A stretch of 64,000 bases of DNA from Octopus vulgaris (lineage: Eukaryota): the NCBI GenBank assembly GCA_951406725.2, contig OX597837.1:23994001-24058000 (forward strand). Reading direction: 5' to 3'. Positions 1 to 13,098 of the stretch are shown one piece after another. The position numbers and the translations under genes were made by a program. The notes beneath the pieces are model-generated. The model saw only the letters and a program-made list of their open reading frames with translations, had not been told where the DNA came from and searched no databases. Within the stretch, counting starts at the first letter, position 1. Each line of letters begins with the position of its first letter.

Positions 1-273
1 GATACAATTCTGAAAGTTGTAAAGATAATTTATGAACACCCTATATATATTTATAATAATATACATATGTTATTTTCAAACAGTGAGAATTACTGAATAA
101 ATATTCTTTATTTGTGGGTTAACCAAGCTACCAATTTATTGCATGGAATATTGATGTTTGTCTTGAAGTGACATATATATATATGTCTTGAAGTGACATA
201 TATATATGTAATGTGGGTGTGTATGTATAAACATATAATAATTTTTAATATGTGTCATTTGTTTATTTTCCAG

Positions 274-324
274 ACTCCTAATTCCATGAGACACAGGATG
301 GAAACCCTCATCATGAGAATTCAG
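274..324 (+). CDS. CPOX: Coproporphyrinogen III oxidase, internal exon (TPNSMRHRMETLIMRIQ)
   Basis: tttattttccag acceptor, CAG|gtattt donor, 51 nt phase 0-0. Resembles human CPOX 'DMKTKMELLILETQ' and joins the next exon in frame. Confidence 0.88.
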
Positions 325-643
325 GTATTTTATTTGACATCAACTTTCCCTTCTAAATAAAACATTTAAAAGAAAGTCAATAAATGTAGCAACCTAGTCA
401 CCCCAAACAAGCTTGAACAAACCAATCTCTAAGTTTCTTTTACCTAAGTTACAGGCAAAGCTGGTTTGATCCCACTGTGTGACACCTAAACAAAGTGCCA
501 TATAGCTGGTTGGCTATTGCCATGCAAGCGAAATCTTGTAGACAGAAGTTGTAGACATCTCAAAAGTAAATAGACACCATCATTTTTGAAAGATTTATTT
601 CTAGAAACAAAATAATATCATTTGGTGCATTTAAATACTTCAT

Positions 644-1064
644 CTCTTTACTCTTTTACTCTTTTACTTGTTTCAGTCATTTGACTACGACCATGCTGGA
701 GCACCGCCTTTAGTCGAGCAAATCGACCCCGGGACTTATTCTTTGTAAGCCCAGTACTTATTGTATCGGTCTCTTTTGCCGAACCGCTAAGTGACGGGGA
801 CGTAAACACACCAGCATCGGTTGTCAAGCAATGCTAGGAGGACAAACACAGACACACAAACACACACACACACACTCTTACATATATATATACATATATA
901 CGACAGGCTTCTTTCAGTTTCCGTCTACCAAATCCACTCACAAGGCTTTGGTCGGCCCGAGGCTATAGTAGAAGACACTTGCCCAAGATGCCACGCAGTG
1001 GGACTGAACCCGGAACCATGTGGTTGGTTAGCAAGCTACTTACCACACAGCCACTCCTGCGCCT
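644..1064 (-). mobile_element. SINE family A (tRNA-derived head, internal TA/CA microsatellite, AAAGAGT-repeat tail), full length
   Basis: A-box TGGCTGTGTGG and B-box-like GGTTCAGTCCC on the minus strand; many similar copies in the window. Confidence 0.85.
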
Positions 1065-1530
1065 GTACACAAGCATCATACAATCTGCCTTTCACTCTGA
1101 GGAAGAGGCCTTTTGTTCTCACTCTGTTCTTATTCTAGCCACTATGCTTTCAGAGCTTTGTCCTCTACTGCTGACTTGGTCTCCTAAGTAACAGACACTA
1201 TCTACTACTTCTAAAGATCCCCCTGGAAATTTGAGAAAGTCTTCTATCTGTACATCCTCAGTGTTTATTGTACCTGCACACCTGCTACACACAAAGACTA
1301 TTTTCTCTGTTAACCTTCCCCCAATACTGCCGCAAATCTTATGTGTCTATAGCTTGTACTGGGTACACCTTATGGAGTTACCAACACATTTCCTACATAT
1401 CATGCTGGGCCATCCACCCGAAAGAACTTGTGATTTGTCTATTTTCCTACTTACTAGAACTTTGATCTTCGCTAAATTAACTCTAAGACCTTTACATTCC
1501 AGACCTTGCTTCCACTCCTGAAATTTCCCC
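1065..1530 (-). mobile_element. Degenerate RTE-type LINE ORF fragment
   Basis: Translation KFQEWKQGLECKGLRVNLAKIKVLV...CRKCVGNSIRCTQ is typical of the post-RT region of RTE LINEs. Confidence 0.7.
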
Positions 1531-1659
1531 TCTTGTTTAGGTATGGTCATCAGCGTAGATGTGCTCCTAGGGCAATGAGCTAGGTAGTCACTAATGACAC
1601 TATATGTAGATAAATGGCACATGAGCTCTGTACAAACTTTGCCCAAAGGTCCAATAAGT

Positions 1660-2100
1660 AAAGTGAATCAACAATGATTTCAACGACAAATTTAGTGTGA
1701 AGGTGGGTGTCCATCAAGGCTCAGTTGTCAACCCTCTCCTATTCATTATAGCTCTGCTGGCTATCACTGAGTTTAAAACTGGTTGTTGATGAGAACTCAT
1801 GTGCTGATGACCTAGTTTTAGTAGTTGAGTCTTTAATGGAATTAGAGAAGAAATTCTAGGCATGGAAGCAAAACTTTGTATCAAGAAGCCTCAAGACAAA
1901 AGTAGTAAAGAGTTAGCTGTTAGTAAGTAGGATAGAAGATAAGACGTCTGTATCTTCAGGGAAATGCTTATTATGCAGAAAAGAAGCATATAAGAACTAC
2001 ATTTGCTGTACTCAGTCTATGATAAGGATACACAAGACATGTAGAATCATAGGCAGAATAATAGAAAAAGTAGGCTTTCTGTTTTGCAAATGCACCGTAT
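1660..2100 (+). mobile_element. Degenerate RTE-type reverse transcriptase fragment
   Basis: VKVGVHQGSVVNPLLFII and (Y)ADDLVL motifs with stops and frameshifts. Confidence 0.75.
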
Positions 2101-2157
2101 TAATACATTTTTCTTCTCCTCCTCCTCCACCACCACCACTACTGTACAGTGTACATA

Positions 2158-2539
2158 TGGAAGCACTCCGTCGGTTACGATGAGGGTTCCGGTTGATCCG
2201 AATCAACGGAACAGCCTGCTCGTGATATTAACGTGTAAGTGGCTGAGCACTCCACAGACACGTGTACCCCTAACGTAGTTCTCGGGGATATTCAGCGTGA
2301 CACAGAGAGTGACAAGGCCGGCCCCTTGAAATACAGGTACAACAGAAACAGGAAGTAAGAGTGAGAGAAAGTTGTGGTGAAAGAGTACAGCAGGGGTGGC
2401 CACCATCCCCTGCCGGAGCCTCGTGGAGCTTTCAGGTGTTTTCGCTCAATAAACACTCACAACGCCCGGTCTGGGAATCGAAACCGCGATCCTATGACCG
2501 CGAGTCCGCTGCCCTAACCACTGGGCCATTGCGCCTCCA
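2158..2539 (-). mobile_element. SINE family B (tRNA-like head GGAGGCGCAATGGCCCAGTGGTTAGG), full length with target-site duplication
   Basis: A box TGGCCCAGTGG, B box GGTTTCGATTCC; flanked by direct repeat cagtgtacata. Confidence 0.85.
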
Positions 2540-2740
2540 GTGTACATATATACATACATGATCCTTGCACATGTTCAGTCCGCTGTTGGACGAATACCTC
2601 GCTATATTCTCTCCATCAATCAGTTTGATGTTTTGCTCATCCATGTTTGGGTGCTGAAGAACTTAACAAAGTCTTCATTCCAACTTCTGTCATGGTCTTC
2701 CCCTCCTTTTTCCTGGATGTGGCGTCCACTTTGGCGTCCG

Positions 2741-3442
2741 ATTTGCTATTCCATCTATTATCATTTCTTCAAACACATGTCCCACAAAGTTATTAGCGAA
2801 TGTTTCCACCAACTGTAGAACTAAAACAACTATAAACAAAGAAACTGGTATCAAAATTGGTGAAGGAGTCAGGCCAGGAGACACCATTTCACCCAAATTA
2901 TTTACAGCTGTATTAGAAAAGGTTTTTAAAAACTTGTATTGATCAGATAAAGAAATATATACCTATTTCTTTACTACCCACAAGGGGCTAAACACAGAGG
3001 GGATAAACAAGGACAGACAAATGGATTAAGTCAATTATATCGACCCCAGTGTGTAACTGGTACTTATTTAATCAACCCCGAAAGGATGAAAGGCAAAGTC
3101 GCCAAGGTCGATTAAATAAGTACCAGTTACGCACTGGGGTCGATATAATTGACTTAATCCGTTTGTCTGTCCTTGTTTATCCCCTCTGTGTTTAGCCCCT
3201 TGTGGGTAGTAAAGAAATAGGTATATATTCCTTTATCTGATCAATACAAGTTTTTAAAAACCTTTTCTAATACAGCTGTAAATAATTTGGGTGAAATGGT
3301 GTCTCCTGGCCTGACTCCTTCACCAATTTTGATACCAGTTTCTTTGTTTATAGTTGTTTTAGTTCTACAGTTGGTGGAAACATTCGCTAATAACTTTGTG
3401 GGACATGTGTTTGAAGAAATGATAATAGATGGAATAGCAAAT
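2741..3442. repeat. Near-perfect fold-back inverted repeat: 337-bp arms (2741-3077 / 3106-3442), 28-nt spacer
   Basis: Arms compared by eye show 4 mismatches. Each arm holds an RTE RT fragment (GVRPGDTISPKLFTAVLE) plus part of SINE family C. Confidence 0.95.
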
Positions 3443-3499
3443 TGACAAGAAATATATACCAGAATTAGGACAGCTTCATAAAGAAGTGCCGATCTTTAA

Positions 3500-3840
3500 C
3501 TGTGAAGGAAACCCGTGGAAGAGAAAGATCCAGGAAGACATGGGACGAGGTGATGAAGGACGAAGTTTGGACATTGAGTCTCATTAAGGTGATAAGGGAT
3601 TGAGACCTTTGGCAATTTGCTGTGCTTGAGAAGACACTTCATGTCAAGTGAAATCGTAGTCATGGTCAGTGCTGGTGACACATAAAAGGCTCTCACTACA
3701 CTCTTGGAGTAGTTGGCATCCAGCTGTAGAAACCGAGCTGAATCAGACTGGTACCTGGTGCAGCACTCCAGCTTACTAGTTCCAGTCAAAACATCTAACC
3801 CATGCCAGCGTGGAAAAATGGACACTAAAGGATGATGATA
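3500..3840 (+). mobile_element. RTE LINE 3' end (ORF C-terminus + tail)
   Basis: RGRERSRKTWDEVMKD-like C-terminal motif followed by the shared tail ...ggcatccagctgtagaaa...gatgat. Confidence 0.7.
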
Positions 3841-4056
3841 AGTACATAAATGCTTAACTGGCTCACTTGATGTAGTTGATAGCTTTTGTTACCCAATTAG
3901 CATGTGAGGTGTTGTTCATATTTTGTGCACAGTGTAAGCTATGGACACTCAGTCAATGAAGAGGAATCACAGACAGACAAATAGAGGCGGTAAGTTTTGT
4001 GTGTGACAGATGCATGGGAGCTTTATACACTAAGAGCACATTGGAAGTAGACTCTC

Positions 4057-4277
4057 TTAACCCTTTCCTTACCGTATTCATTTGGGAGCTGCTCTGTGTT
4101 TCTTTCAATTATAACAAAGAATTTAGTAAAATCACTTAGTTATTATTAAGCTAGTGTTAGGAACATAAATTATGACTAAGGTTTGGTGAAAGGTTTTAAT
4201 TCAAAACTTATGAAAATAAGACGTTTGTACTACAGAGACAGAGCCGGTTTCAGCCAGGTTGGTATAAAAAGGGTTAG
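4057..4277. mobile_element. TTAA-flanked MITE (piggyBac-like ends) inserted in an RTE fragment
   Basis: ttaaccctt...aagggttag terminal inverted repeats; same family as 20868-21289. Confidence 0.7.
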
Positions 4278-4610
4278 ATGGTTACTGAAAGTAGTCAGTA
4301 GTTTCTGTCACCTAAGTGACATAATTAGCAGAGGAGGTGGTTGTTCTCAAAGTATAGCAATCAGAGTAAGAAAGGGTTTGGAAGAAGTTTGGGAAGCTCA
4401 AATCTCTGCAAATAACAAGGGGTTTTTTTGTTTTTCCTTAGGAGTGAAGGATAGATTGTATGACAGTTGTGTTGGAACTGCAATGCTGTATGGTACAGAT
4501 TGTGGGCCTTGAATGCAAAAGATTTGCTAAGACAAGAAACAAATGAGGCAAGCATGGTCTGATGGATATGTGATGTTGCCGTGCATGAATGCTAAAGTGT
4601 TAATTGGCGT

Positions 4611-4825
4611 GTGATCTGTAGATAATCTAGCTGCTAGTTGTTCAGTTAAGTTCACATTCATTAATGCTTTCAGATCAAAGATCCTTCATCAGGCTACCAG
4701 TTGTTCGGTTAAGTTCACATTTGTTAATGCTTTTGTTATTAGTTTGATGAAGGATCTTTGATCTGAAAGCACTAACGAATGTGAACTTAACCAAACGACT
4801 AGCAACAAAGCTATCCATTGATCAC
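4611..4825. repeat. Inverted repeat (~80-bp arms) of Penelope pseudo-LTR type with a hammerhead-like core
   Basis: Arms 4611-4691 / 4746-4825; minus strand reads CTGATGA-a-ggatc-ttt-gatct-GAAA. Confidence 0.65.
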
Positions 4826-5069
4826 ATGGCACTTGCTGTAACCATGTTGCTTCAGGTACACCAGCACATTTGCCAAGGTATTAATGAGCAGTGAGAGAAA
4901 AATCTAGGTATAAAAGGAATTAGGTACTGCTTACAAAAGAGGAACACGGTTATGGTAAGTGGCATGGGATCAATGTTACGGGGGACATAAACATAACAAT
5001 ATCAGTTGTCAAGCAATGATGTGGGGTGGACAAACACATATACAAATATATATATATATATATATATAT

Positions 5070-5600
5070 ATTTATTTACTGCCCAGAAGGGGCTAAACAT
5101 AGAGGGGACAAACAAGGACAGGCGAAGGGATTGAGTCGATTATATCGCCCCCAGTGCGAAACTGGTACTTTATTTATCGACCCCGAAAGGATGAAAGGCA
5201 AAGTTGACCTCGGTGGAATTTGAACTCAGAACATAATGACAGACGAAATGCCGCTAAGCATTTCGCCCGGCGCGCTAATGTGTCTGCCAGCTCATCACTG
5301 TGACCGACCAGGCTATCAGATGTTGCTACATATTGCTGGTCACAATGCGTTTCGCATTGTTTTAGCCTTCAAATGACACCACCCCACTGGCTAAGCGAGC
5401 AGGCCAACAGAAGAAAGAGTGAGAGAAAGTTGTGGCGAAAGAGTACAACAGGGATCGCCACTCACCCCCCTGCTGGAGCCTCGTGGAGCTTTAGGTGTTT
5501 TCGCTCAATAAACACTCACAACGCCCAGTCTGGGAATCGGAAACCGCGATTCTACAACTGCGAGTCCACTGCCCTAACGACAGGGCCATTGTGCCTCCAC
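5070..5600 (-). mobile_element. Adjacent SINE family C (5070-5297) and SINE family B variant (5300-5600)
   Basis: Family C core gcctttcatcctttcggggtcgat(a/t)aa..gtaccag resembles the MetaSINE/MESC central domain; family B head with an alternative tail. Confidence 0.75.
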
Positions 5601-6475
5601 ATATATATATATATATACACAACTAAAAATAAGGGTGTCTGAGAGACACCACCATGCTGAAATAGCAGTCAAAACCCTGACTTTAAAAACCATGTTAAGT
5701 GTTCATATCATACAATGAGATAAGACAGAGGGACAAAATAGACTAGCAAAAAATATTAATGAATAATTCAAGATCCAGGATTTCTGGTTTTGCTTTAAAT
5801 AAGCTTTACCATCATCGGTTGAATATATCAAAAGTACATAAATAGAGATATATATATGCAGAACAAACATTATACTTACATATACGAACGTCCATACATA
5901 TATATATGCAGGTATGCACAAGGCCAGTTAAATTATTTATAAATTTATATTATCCTTATTTATATATATATTTATGTGTATGGGCATGTGATAATCAAGA
6001 AGGATGACTAATGTATACAGAAGTGCTGAGCACTCCAAGTTAACGAAACCTTCAGAAAGGGGAAAGACCAGGGAAGACGTGGGAGGAAGTGATGTAAGCT
6101 GATCTGGTTCAGTCCCACTGCATAGCACCTTGGGCAAATGTCTTCTACTATAGCCTTAGGCCAACCAAAGCCTTGTGAGTGGATTTGGTAGACGGAAACT
6201 GAAAGAAGCCTATCATATATATATCTGTGTGTGTGCCTTTGTGTCTGTGTTTGTATGTGTCCCCACCACCACCACCACCAATTTATGTAATCCATAAATG
6301 CATTTATGGATTACACATTGAAGAGAACAGAGTTATAGGATTTATATTACACATAATCATTATGGATTACTGCAGAGGATTTTACCATGGATGTCTATTT
6401 TTCTTCAAATTTCTAAACATCTTTTTCGTATATTTTTAAATAGCATTCAATTGAATACACAGAAATTCACCCTCT

Positions 6476-6568
6476 TTCTGTCTGACGAGTGAATGTATTA
6501 CCTAATAATGATTATCAATTGTAAATTCCATTTCTAAGTGTAATACATTCACAAAACTATTGTAAGAT
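6476..6568 (+). ncRNA. Degenerate type I hammerhead ribozyme motif
   Basis: CTGACGA (6482-6488), perfect 13-bp stem II (6489-6501 / 6540-6552), then AAAA in place of GAAA, then ctattGTA. Stem I is decayed. Confidence 0.55.
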
Positions 6569-7459
6569 ATTTAAAATTTTTAAACCTTTTAAATAATCAT
6601 ACTTTATATATTTATACATCTCTCTATTAATACAATATTATTTTGTACGTATATCTTCTGTGATGATATTTTTTTAATGTAATTTTCCTGCTCTTATTTT
6701 ATAATATAATATATAATCGCTCTTGTTAAATGTCTAAACACCTTTAATGTTCTAGACATTTCCCTACCAAGAGAACTTATTAAGAAATTCAGTATATTGT
6801 ATTCTCATTGAATATATTTGATTAACGATATATGTATATATATATATAATTCAAACATAAAAGAGATACCCAAAGAATAGGATATCTGACTCGCTAGAAA
6901 GAGCAGTTAAAAACTCCAAGCCACCAATTGTTGTAATTCTGAAAGTGATTGAAAAATAAAAACGTTTACCTTAATCCTAGACCCTGCAAGGTTTCTGCAG
7001 ACTTAAATACAGAATGAAATAAGATAATTTCAGTCTATATCTGGGGCTGCATCCTAAGTAGGTTGCCAAGACCGAACACTTAGACATGGAGCTCTAAGAA
7101 ATCAGCCATTATTCTCTGAATAATATATATTCTATTGACTAATCTTTTCTCGCTAGACCACTGGTAACTAAGAATTTTTCGATAAATATTCTTGTTACCC
7201 TAAGTTTTTAATATATATATATATATATATATGTTTGTATGTGTGTTTGTCCACCCCCACATCATTGCTTGACAACTGATGTTGTTATGTTTATGTCCCC
7301 GTAACTTAGTGGTTTGGCAAAAGAGGCTGATAGAATTAAGTACTAGGCTTACAAAGAATAAGTCCTGGGATCGATTTGTTTGACTAAAGGCAGTGCTCCA
7401 GCATAGCCGCAGTCAAATGACTGAAACAAGTAATAGAGTATATAAATCCTGATGCATAT

Positions 7460-7830
7460 TCCTGAAATGGTAAATTCCTAATAATCTTGTTTATTGCACA
7501 AAAGTGTCTCCCATAAATAAAGCAAATACTAAGGTGTTAAGGAACATAGTGGTCATAGAATAAATTCATTCAAGTTGAGGTTTGACCAACTTATGAATGC
7601 TTTCAGAACTCTTATCAGAGAAGCAGACACTTCTTTGTCAATATATATTTGGGAATTCAAGAACAATTTTGGTATCAAATGGAAAATTGGGGACCGTGTA
7701 AATATCCATAACTGAAACACTAATTTTTTGTAATTTAAAATATCTCAGAAAAGTAGACTATTTCAATTCATAATGAGAATTTACCCAATTGAAATTTGGA
7801 ATTAATTTCATTTTGCAGACACAAAACATC
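7460..7830 (+). mobile_element. Penelope-like element GIY-YIG endonuclease C-terminal remnant
   Basis: FKLRFDQLMNAFR...TSLSIYIWEFK...IKWKIGD...LELISFCRHK resembles the PLE GIY-YIG C-terminus; frameshifted. Confidence 0.65.
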
Positions 7831-8904
7831 ATTTCTGTGAAAGAATTACCCCCAACCCTACACATGCCAAATCATATATTATTAATTATTTGCTAGTATC
7901 CATCAGAGTTAATTCTTATGTTTCATTCACCAAATATTTACATGTTAATAATATCTCTATTTAATTTTATATTTATCATTTAACAATTATCATTTACATA
8001 GCTTTTCTACATCAAGATCTTATATAATTGTTCTGAAACTTTATTTTGCTTTCCTTTCTTCTTTTCTACTTCTAACTCACTTTTAAATATACCATTCTGT
8101 AAGTTTTCTTTAAAAATAGCATATTATATAAAAGAGCCATTTTACCATTTTATTTCTGTAGTTTCACTTTCATTTTTATTTTTCTTTCTTTTTTCTTCAT
8201 TTTTCAATTACTCACGCACTGATGCATACACATATGCTCACACATGCAAACAGACACACATATTTCTCATTTTCACTGTAATCACATGTAAGCATCTGTG
8301 ATAGTTCTATTGAGTCCCAACAACCAATCAAATTATGAATTTATTTTGAAACCATCATCATCATTATTTAGCATCTACCTGAAAACACCTATGTCTAATC
8401 ACATGTGTTCATTGTTAGCACATTATAAAGATACATGGCTTAATGGTTAGAGTATTTGGCTCGTGGTTGTAAGACTGTAAGTTCGATTCCCAGTGTTGTG
8501 TTGTATCCTTGAGCAAGGTATTTTGTTTCATGTTGCTCAAGTCCACTCAGCTAGCAAAAATAAGTTATACCTGTATTTCAAAGGGCCAGCCCTGTAACAT
8601 CCTGTGTCATACTGAATTTCCCTGAGAACTACCTTAAGGTTACATGTGTCTGTGAGTGTTCAGCTACTTGTACATCAATTTCATGAACAGGGTGTTCTAT
8701 TGATTGGATCAAGTGGAATCCAACTTGTCATAACTGACAGGGTTCCAATTAGCCCATTATTATTAGATGAACTGAGATGTAAAACTCAGAGTTGTAACAC
8801 TAAATTTCAGCTTCAATTAAATATTGTTACTCACTGTACTTTTTGCATTGAGAACTCTTTGTCATGTTTGCATGCACAGATGTCTGTTCATTCCTGTATC
8901 ATCA

Positions 8905-9555
8905 TCATCTTCATCATCATCATTTAACATCCGTCTTCCCTGGGTGGGATGGTTTGACAAGAGCCAGTCAGGCAGAAGCCTGCGCTAGACTTCTGTAACT
9001 GCTTTGGCAGGATTTTCACTGCTGGATGCCCTTCCTAACACTAACCACTCAGCAGAGTGGACTAAGTGCTTTTTTTTTTATGACACAAACACAGGTGAAG
9101 TCAGTTTTGGCAAAGATTTTACAGCTGGATGCCCTTTTGAACACCAACCACTTTACAGTGTGGACTGGGTGCTTTTAAGTGGCACCTGCACTGACTAAAA
9201 AAAAAATGCCAGACTCATGTTTTTTTGTAGTTATCCTAAAAGATAAAAGGCACCATTCAAGCGTGATCATTACCAGCGTCGCCTTACTGGCACCTGTGCC
9301 GGTGGCATGTGTAAAAAGATTCAAGCAAGGTCATTGCCAGTACCGCCTGACTGGCCCCGTGCCGGTGGCACATAAAAAGCACCCACTACACTCTCGGAAT
9401 GGTTGGCGTTAGGAAGGACATCCAGCTGTAGAAACTCTGCCAGATCAAGATTGGAGCCTGGTGCAGCCATCTGGTTCGCCAGCCCTCAGTCAAAATCGTC
9501 CAACCCATGCTAGCATGGAAAGCAGACGTTAAATGATGATGATGATGATGATGAT
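8905..9555. mobile_element. Two RTE 3'-tail copies in opposite orientation (8905-9200 minus, 9250-9555 plus)
   Basis: Shared tail ttggcgttaggaagg(g)catccagctgtagaaa...cccatgctagcatggaaag..(gat)n. Confidence 0.75.
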
Positions 9556-10751
9556 CCTAAATAATAAGATTTTTTAATTACTAAACCATTTGAACACTTT
9601 AGGAGCCTCAACCCTTTTGATACTAACCCAACTGAAACCTCCTGTACTAAAAACTCCGTTTTAACTTATAGCTTGTTGTAGGTGCATCATGTCACCATAT
9701 CAGCTTTCTCCTTCTTAATGTGACTACAGTTTTACAGGGGAGAAAACTCTTGCCATGACATAATGAGCTTCGGTGTGCTAAAAGTTAAAGTGATTTAAAT
9801 TCAAACCTTCCATACAAATTTGTTGATTTATACTCCAAATACCAGCTTTATAATGTCAAGGTCATTTTACTAAATTCTTCCTTACTGATAGTAGTCCAGA
9901 TTTGGTGCTAATTTATAACTGATCCATCAGTACAGTGATTTACTCAGCAATAATTAATTAATTGGTACTCTGTCAGTTACAACAATGAATGTTCCAGTTG
10001 ATCTAATCAGCAGAACAGCCTGCTCATTAAATTAATGTGAACATGGCTGAGCACTCCACAGACACATGTACCCTTAATGTAGTTCTCGGGGAGACTTAGC
10101 GTGACACAGAAAGTGGCAAAGTTGGCCCTTTTTTAATTACAGGTACAACTCATTTTTACCAGCTGAATGGACTGGAGCAACATGAAATAAAGTGTCTTGC
10201 TCAAGGACACAATGCGTTGCCAGGAATTGAACTCATGACTTACGATCATGAGTTAAATACCCTAACTACTAAGCCACGCTTTAGACATAAACTACAAGTA
10301 AGCCATAGCAATAAAACACAGCCACATGACCAATTTTGCCTTTAATTACCAACTAAAGGGATTATTGGACAATTCGCTGAAACCACTCATGGTCCCAATA
10401 TAATAAGATATTATTGATATCATATTTGTGTGATGATTAAATCTTGTGTTTTCTTAATCGTTTCATTTCTATACCCTAGACAATAGCCATAACTCTGGAA
10501 TTCCTTAATTCCTATTAAATACGTTGTTGAGCACTTTAAAATAGATTAACATCAGTTTTGGATCAATTAAGATGTGTTTTAGACTGGTTATTGTGTTTAT
10601 ATATTTAATACATACCGATATGGCTATGTGGTTAAAACTCATGGTTTTTGTTCAGTCCTACTGCATGGCACCTTGAACAAGTGTCTTCTACTGTAGCCCC
10701 TGGCTGACCATTGCCTTGCAACTGAATTTAGTAAATGGAATCTATGCAAAA

Positions 10752-11140
10752 CGTAGGAGTGGCTGTGTGGTAAGTAGCTTGCTTATGAACCCCAATGGGT
10801 CTGGGTTCAGTCCCACTGCGTGGCACCTTGGGCAAGTGTCTTCTACTATAGCCTCGGGCTGACCAAAGCCTTGTGAGTGAATTTGATAGACGGAAACTGA
10901 AAGAAGCTCATCGTATATATATGTGTGTGTGTATGTTTGTGTGTCTGTGTTTGTCCCCACCCAACATCACTTGACAACCGATGCTGGTGTGTTTGCGCCC
11001 GTAACTTAGTGGTTCAGCAAAAGAGACCGATAGAATAAGTACTAGCTTTACAAAGAATAAGTCCTGGGGTCGATTTGCTCGACTAAAGGCGGTGCTCCAG
11101 CATGGCCACAGTCAAATGACTGAAACAAGTAAGAGTAAAG
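10752..11140 (+). mobile_element. SINE family A
   Basis: Full head-to-tail match to 644-1064. Confidence 0.85.
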
Positions 11141-11647
11141 CATATCGTGTGTTTGTGTGTGTATGTGTGGGCGCGCTTGTGTGTATGTGTGCACGTGCGC
11201 GCATGTGTGTGTGTATTTATCTGTTATCTTTTAGACGCGTTAGTCATTAGACTGCAGCCATGCCAGTGTACCACCTTGAAGAATTCTAGTTGAATAAACT
11301 GACCCCTATACTTTTTTGTTTCTTTTTTTATGTCTACTACTTATTTGCAGAATCGTTACATTGTAGGGATGTAAACAGACCAACAACAGTTGTCAAGCAG
11401 TGGTGGGATCCAAACACACACACACACATGCAATGGGCTTTTTTCAGTCTCCATCTACTAAATCCACTTACATGTCTTTTGTTAGCCTGAAGCTAAAATA
11501 GAAGACACTTGCTCAAGGTGCCACACAGTAGGATTGAACCCAGAACTGTGTAGCTGGAAAGCAAACTTCTTACCACACAGCTACATATATGTACTTATGT
11601 GTGTGTGTGTGTAATAACATAATTTGGATGAAAAATTGAAAGTAATG

Positions 11648-12873
11648 AAGTTTGAACGATGATGATGCATTGGAGAAATGAATGATTGAGCAAGAATATT
11701 AATTATGAAGATGGCCACTCTTTACTCTTTTACTTGTTTCAGTCATTTGACTGCAGCTATGCTAGAGCACCACCTTTATTTTTTGTAAGCCCAGTACTTA
11801 TTCTATTGGTCTCTTTTGCTGAACTGCTAAGTGACGGGGACATAAACACACCAGCATCGGTTGTCAAGCAATGCTAGGGGGACAAACACAGACACACAAA
11901 CACACACGCACACACATATATAACATATATACGATGGGCTTCTTTCAGTTTCCATCTACCAAATCCACTCACAAGGCTTTGGTCGGCCCTAGGCTATAGT
12001 AGAAGACACTCGCCCAAGGTGCCACGCAGTGGGACTGAACCCAGAACCATGTGGTTGGTAAGCAAGGTACTTACCACGCAGCCACTCCTGTGCCTATTTA
12101 TAATGCACCACTGTTTATAATATCATTACAATGTAAGATAAACTACATTGTCATGTTGTTTGTTTGTGTATTACACATGTTATTAGTTTGTTGCAGGAAA
12201 ATACATTCTGGTTGTATGGATTCTTTGCATGTGGGAGCTAGTTTCATTGTCTGCTGCAAGAGAGGGAGAAAGGATGAGACTTGTATTGTAAAATTGAGAA
12301 TATAAGCAGTGTGCTGTCCGTCTCTTCTTCATTCCATACCAGGATGTTCATTGATCAAAAGGCAATAACCAAAGAGACCAGCTAAACCCTTCGTTGGGTA
12401 TTTATAAAGTATAAAATATATAAATAAATGCGCCCTTTTAAAGCCTAGCCAGGCTCATGGGCCCCAGTTTCACTGGTGTATGTGTTCCCCAGCTGGACGG
12501 GATGCCAGTCCATCGCAGCGTTACTCATTTTTGCCAGATGAGTGGACTGGAGCAACATGAAATGAAGTGTTTTGCTCAAGAACACAATGCTTCGCCCAGT
12601 CCAGGAATTGAAAGCACAATCTTACGATCATGATGCTGACATTCTAACCACTAAGCCACGTGCCTCCACATTTATAAAGTATGGAAACCTAAAATAAAGG
12701 ATTGATCCTTCCATATCCAGAGAAGATCTCAGAGGCCAACCCATCCCCACCAATCTCTAAGTGCAGAGAGGAGAAAACAAAAGACCATAAATCTGACAAC
12801 AAAAATGTGGATTCAATCTCAAATCCTCTCAACTGCTGTGGCTGGTCCCTAGATATACATGTGTGTGTGTGTT

Positions 12874-12922
<49 letters not shown>

Positions 12923-13067
12923 ATTACAATTGAGGTTCTTCAGAAATCACAAAAAGCAGTGTAATGTTCCCTGTCACCAATCATCTTCTAACTTTGCACT
13001 ATAAAAAGATATGTACAATAAGAAATTCCTTAGTTGAAAGAAGGAAAAAACAGCCAAGGTTTAGCAA

Positions 13068-13098
<31 letters not shown>

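Noticed and set aside
2460-2539. tRNA genes at SINE heads (also 17331, 37450, 45598)
   Set aside because: No complete acceptor stem; they run directly into SINE bodies.
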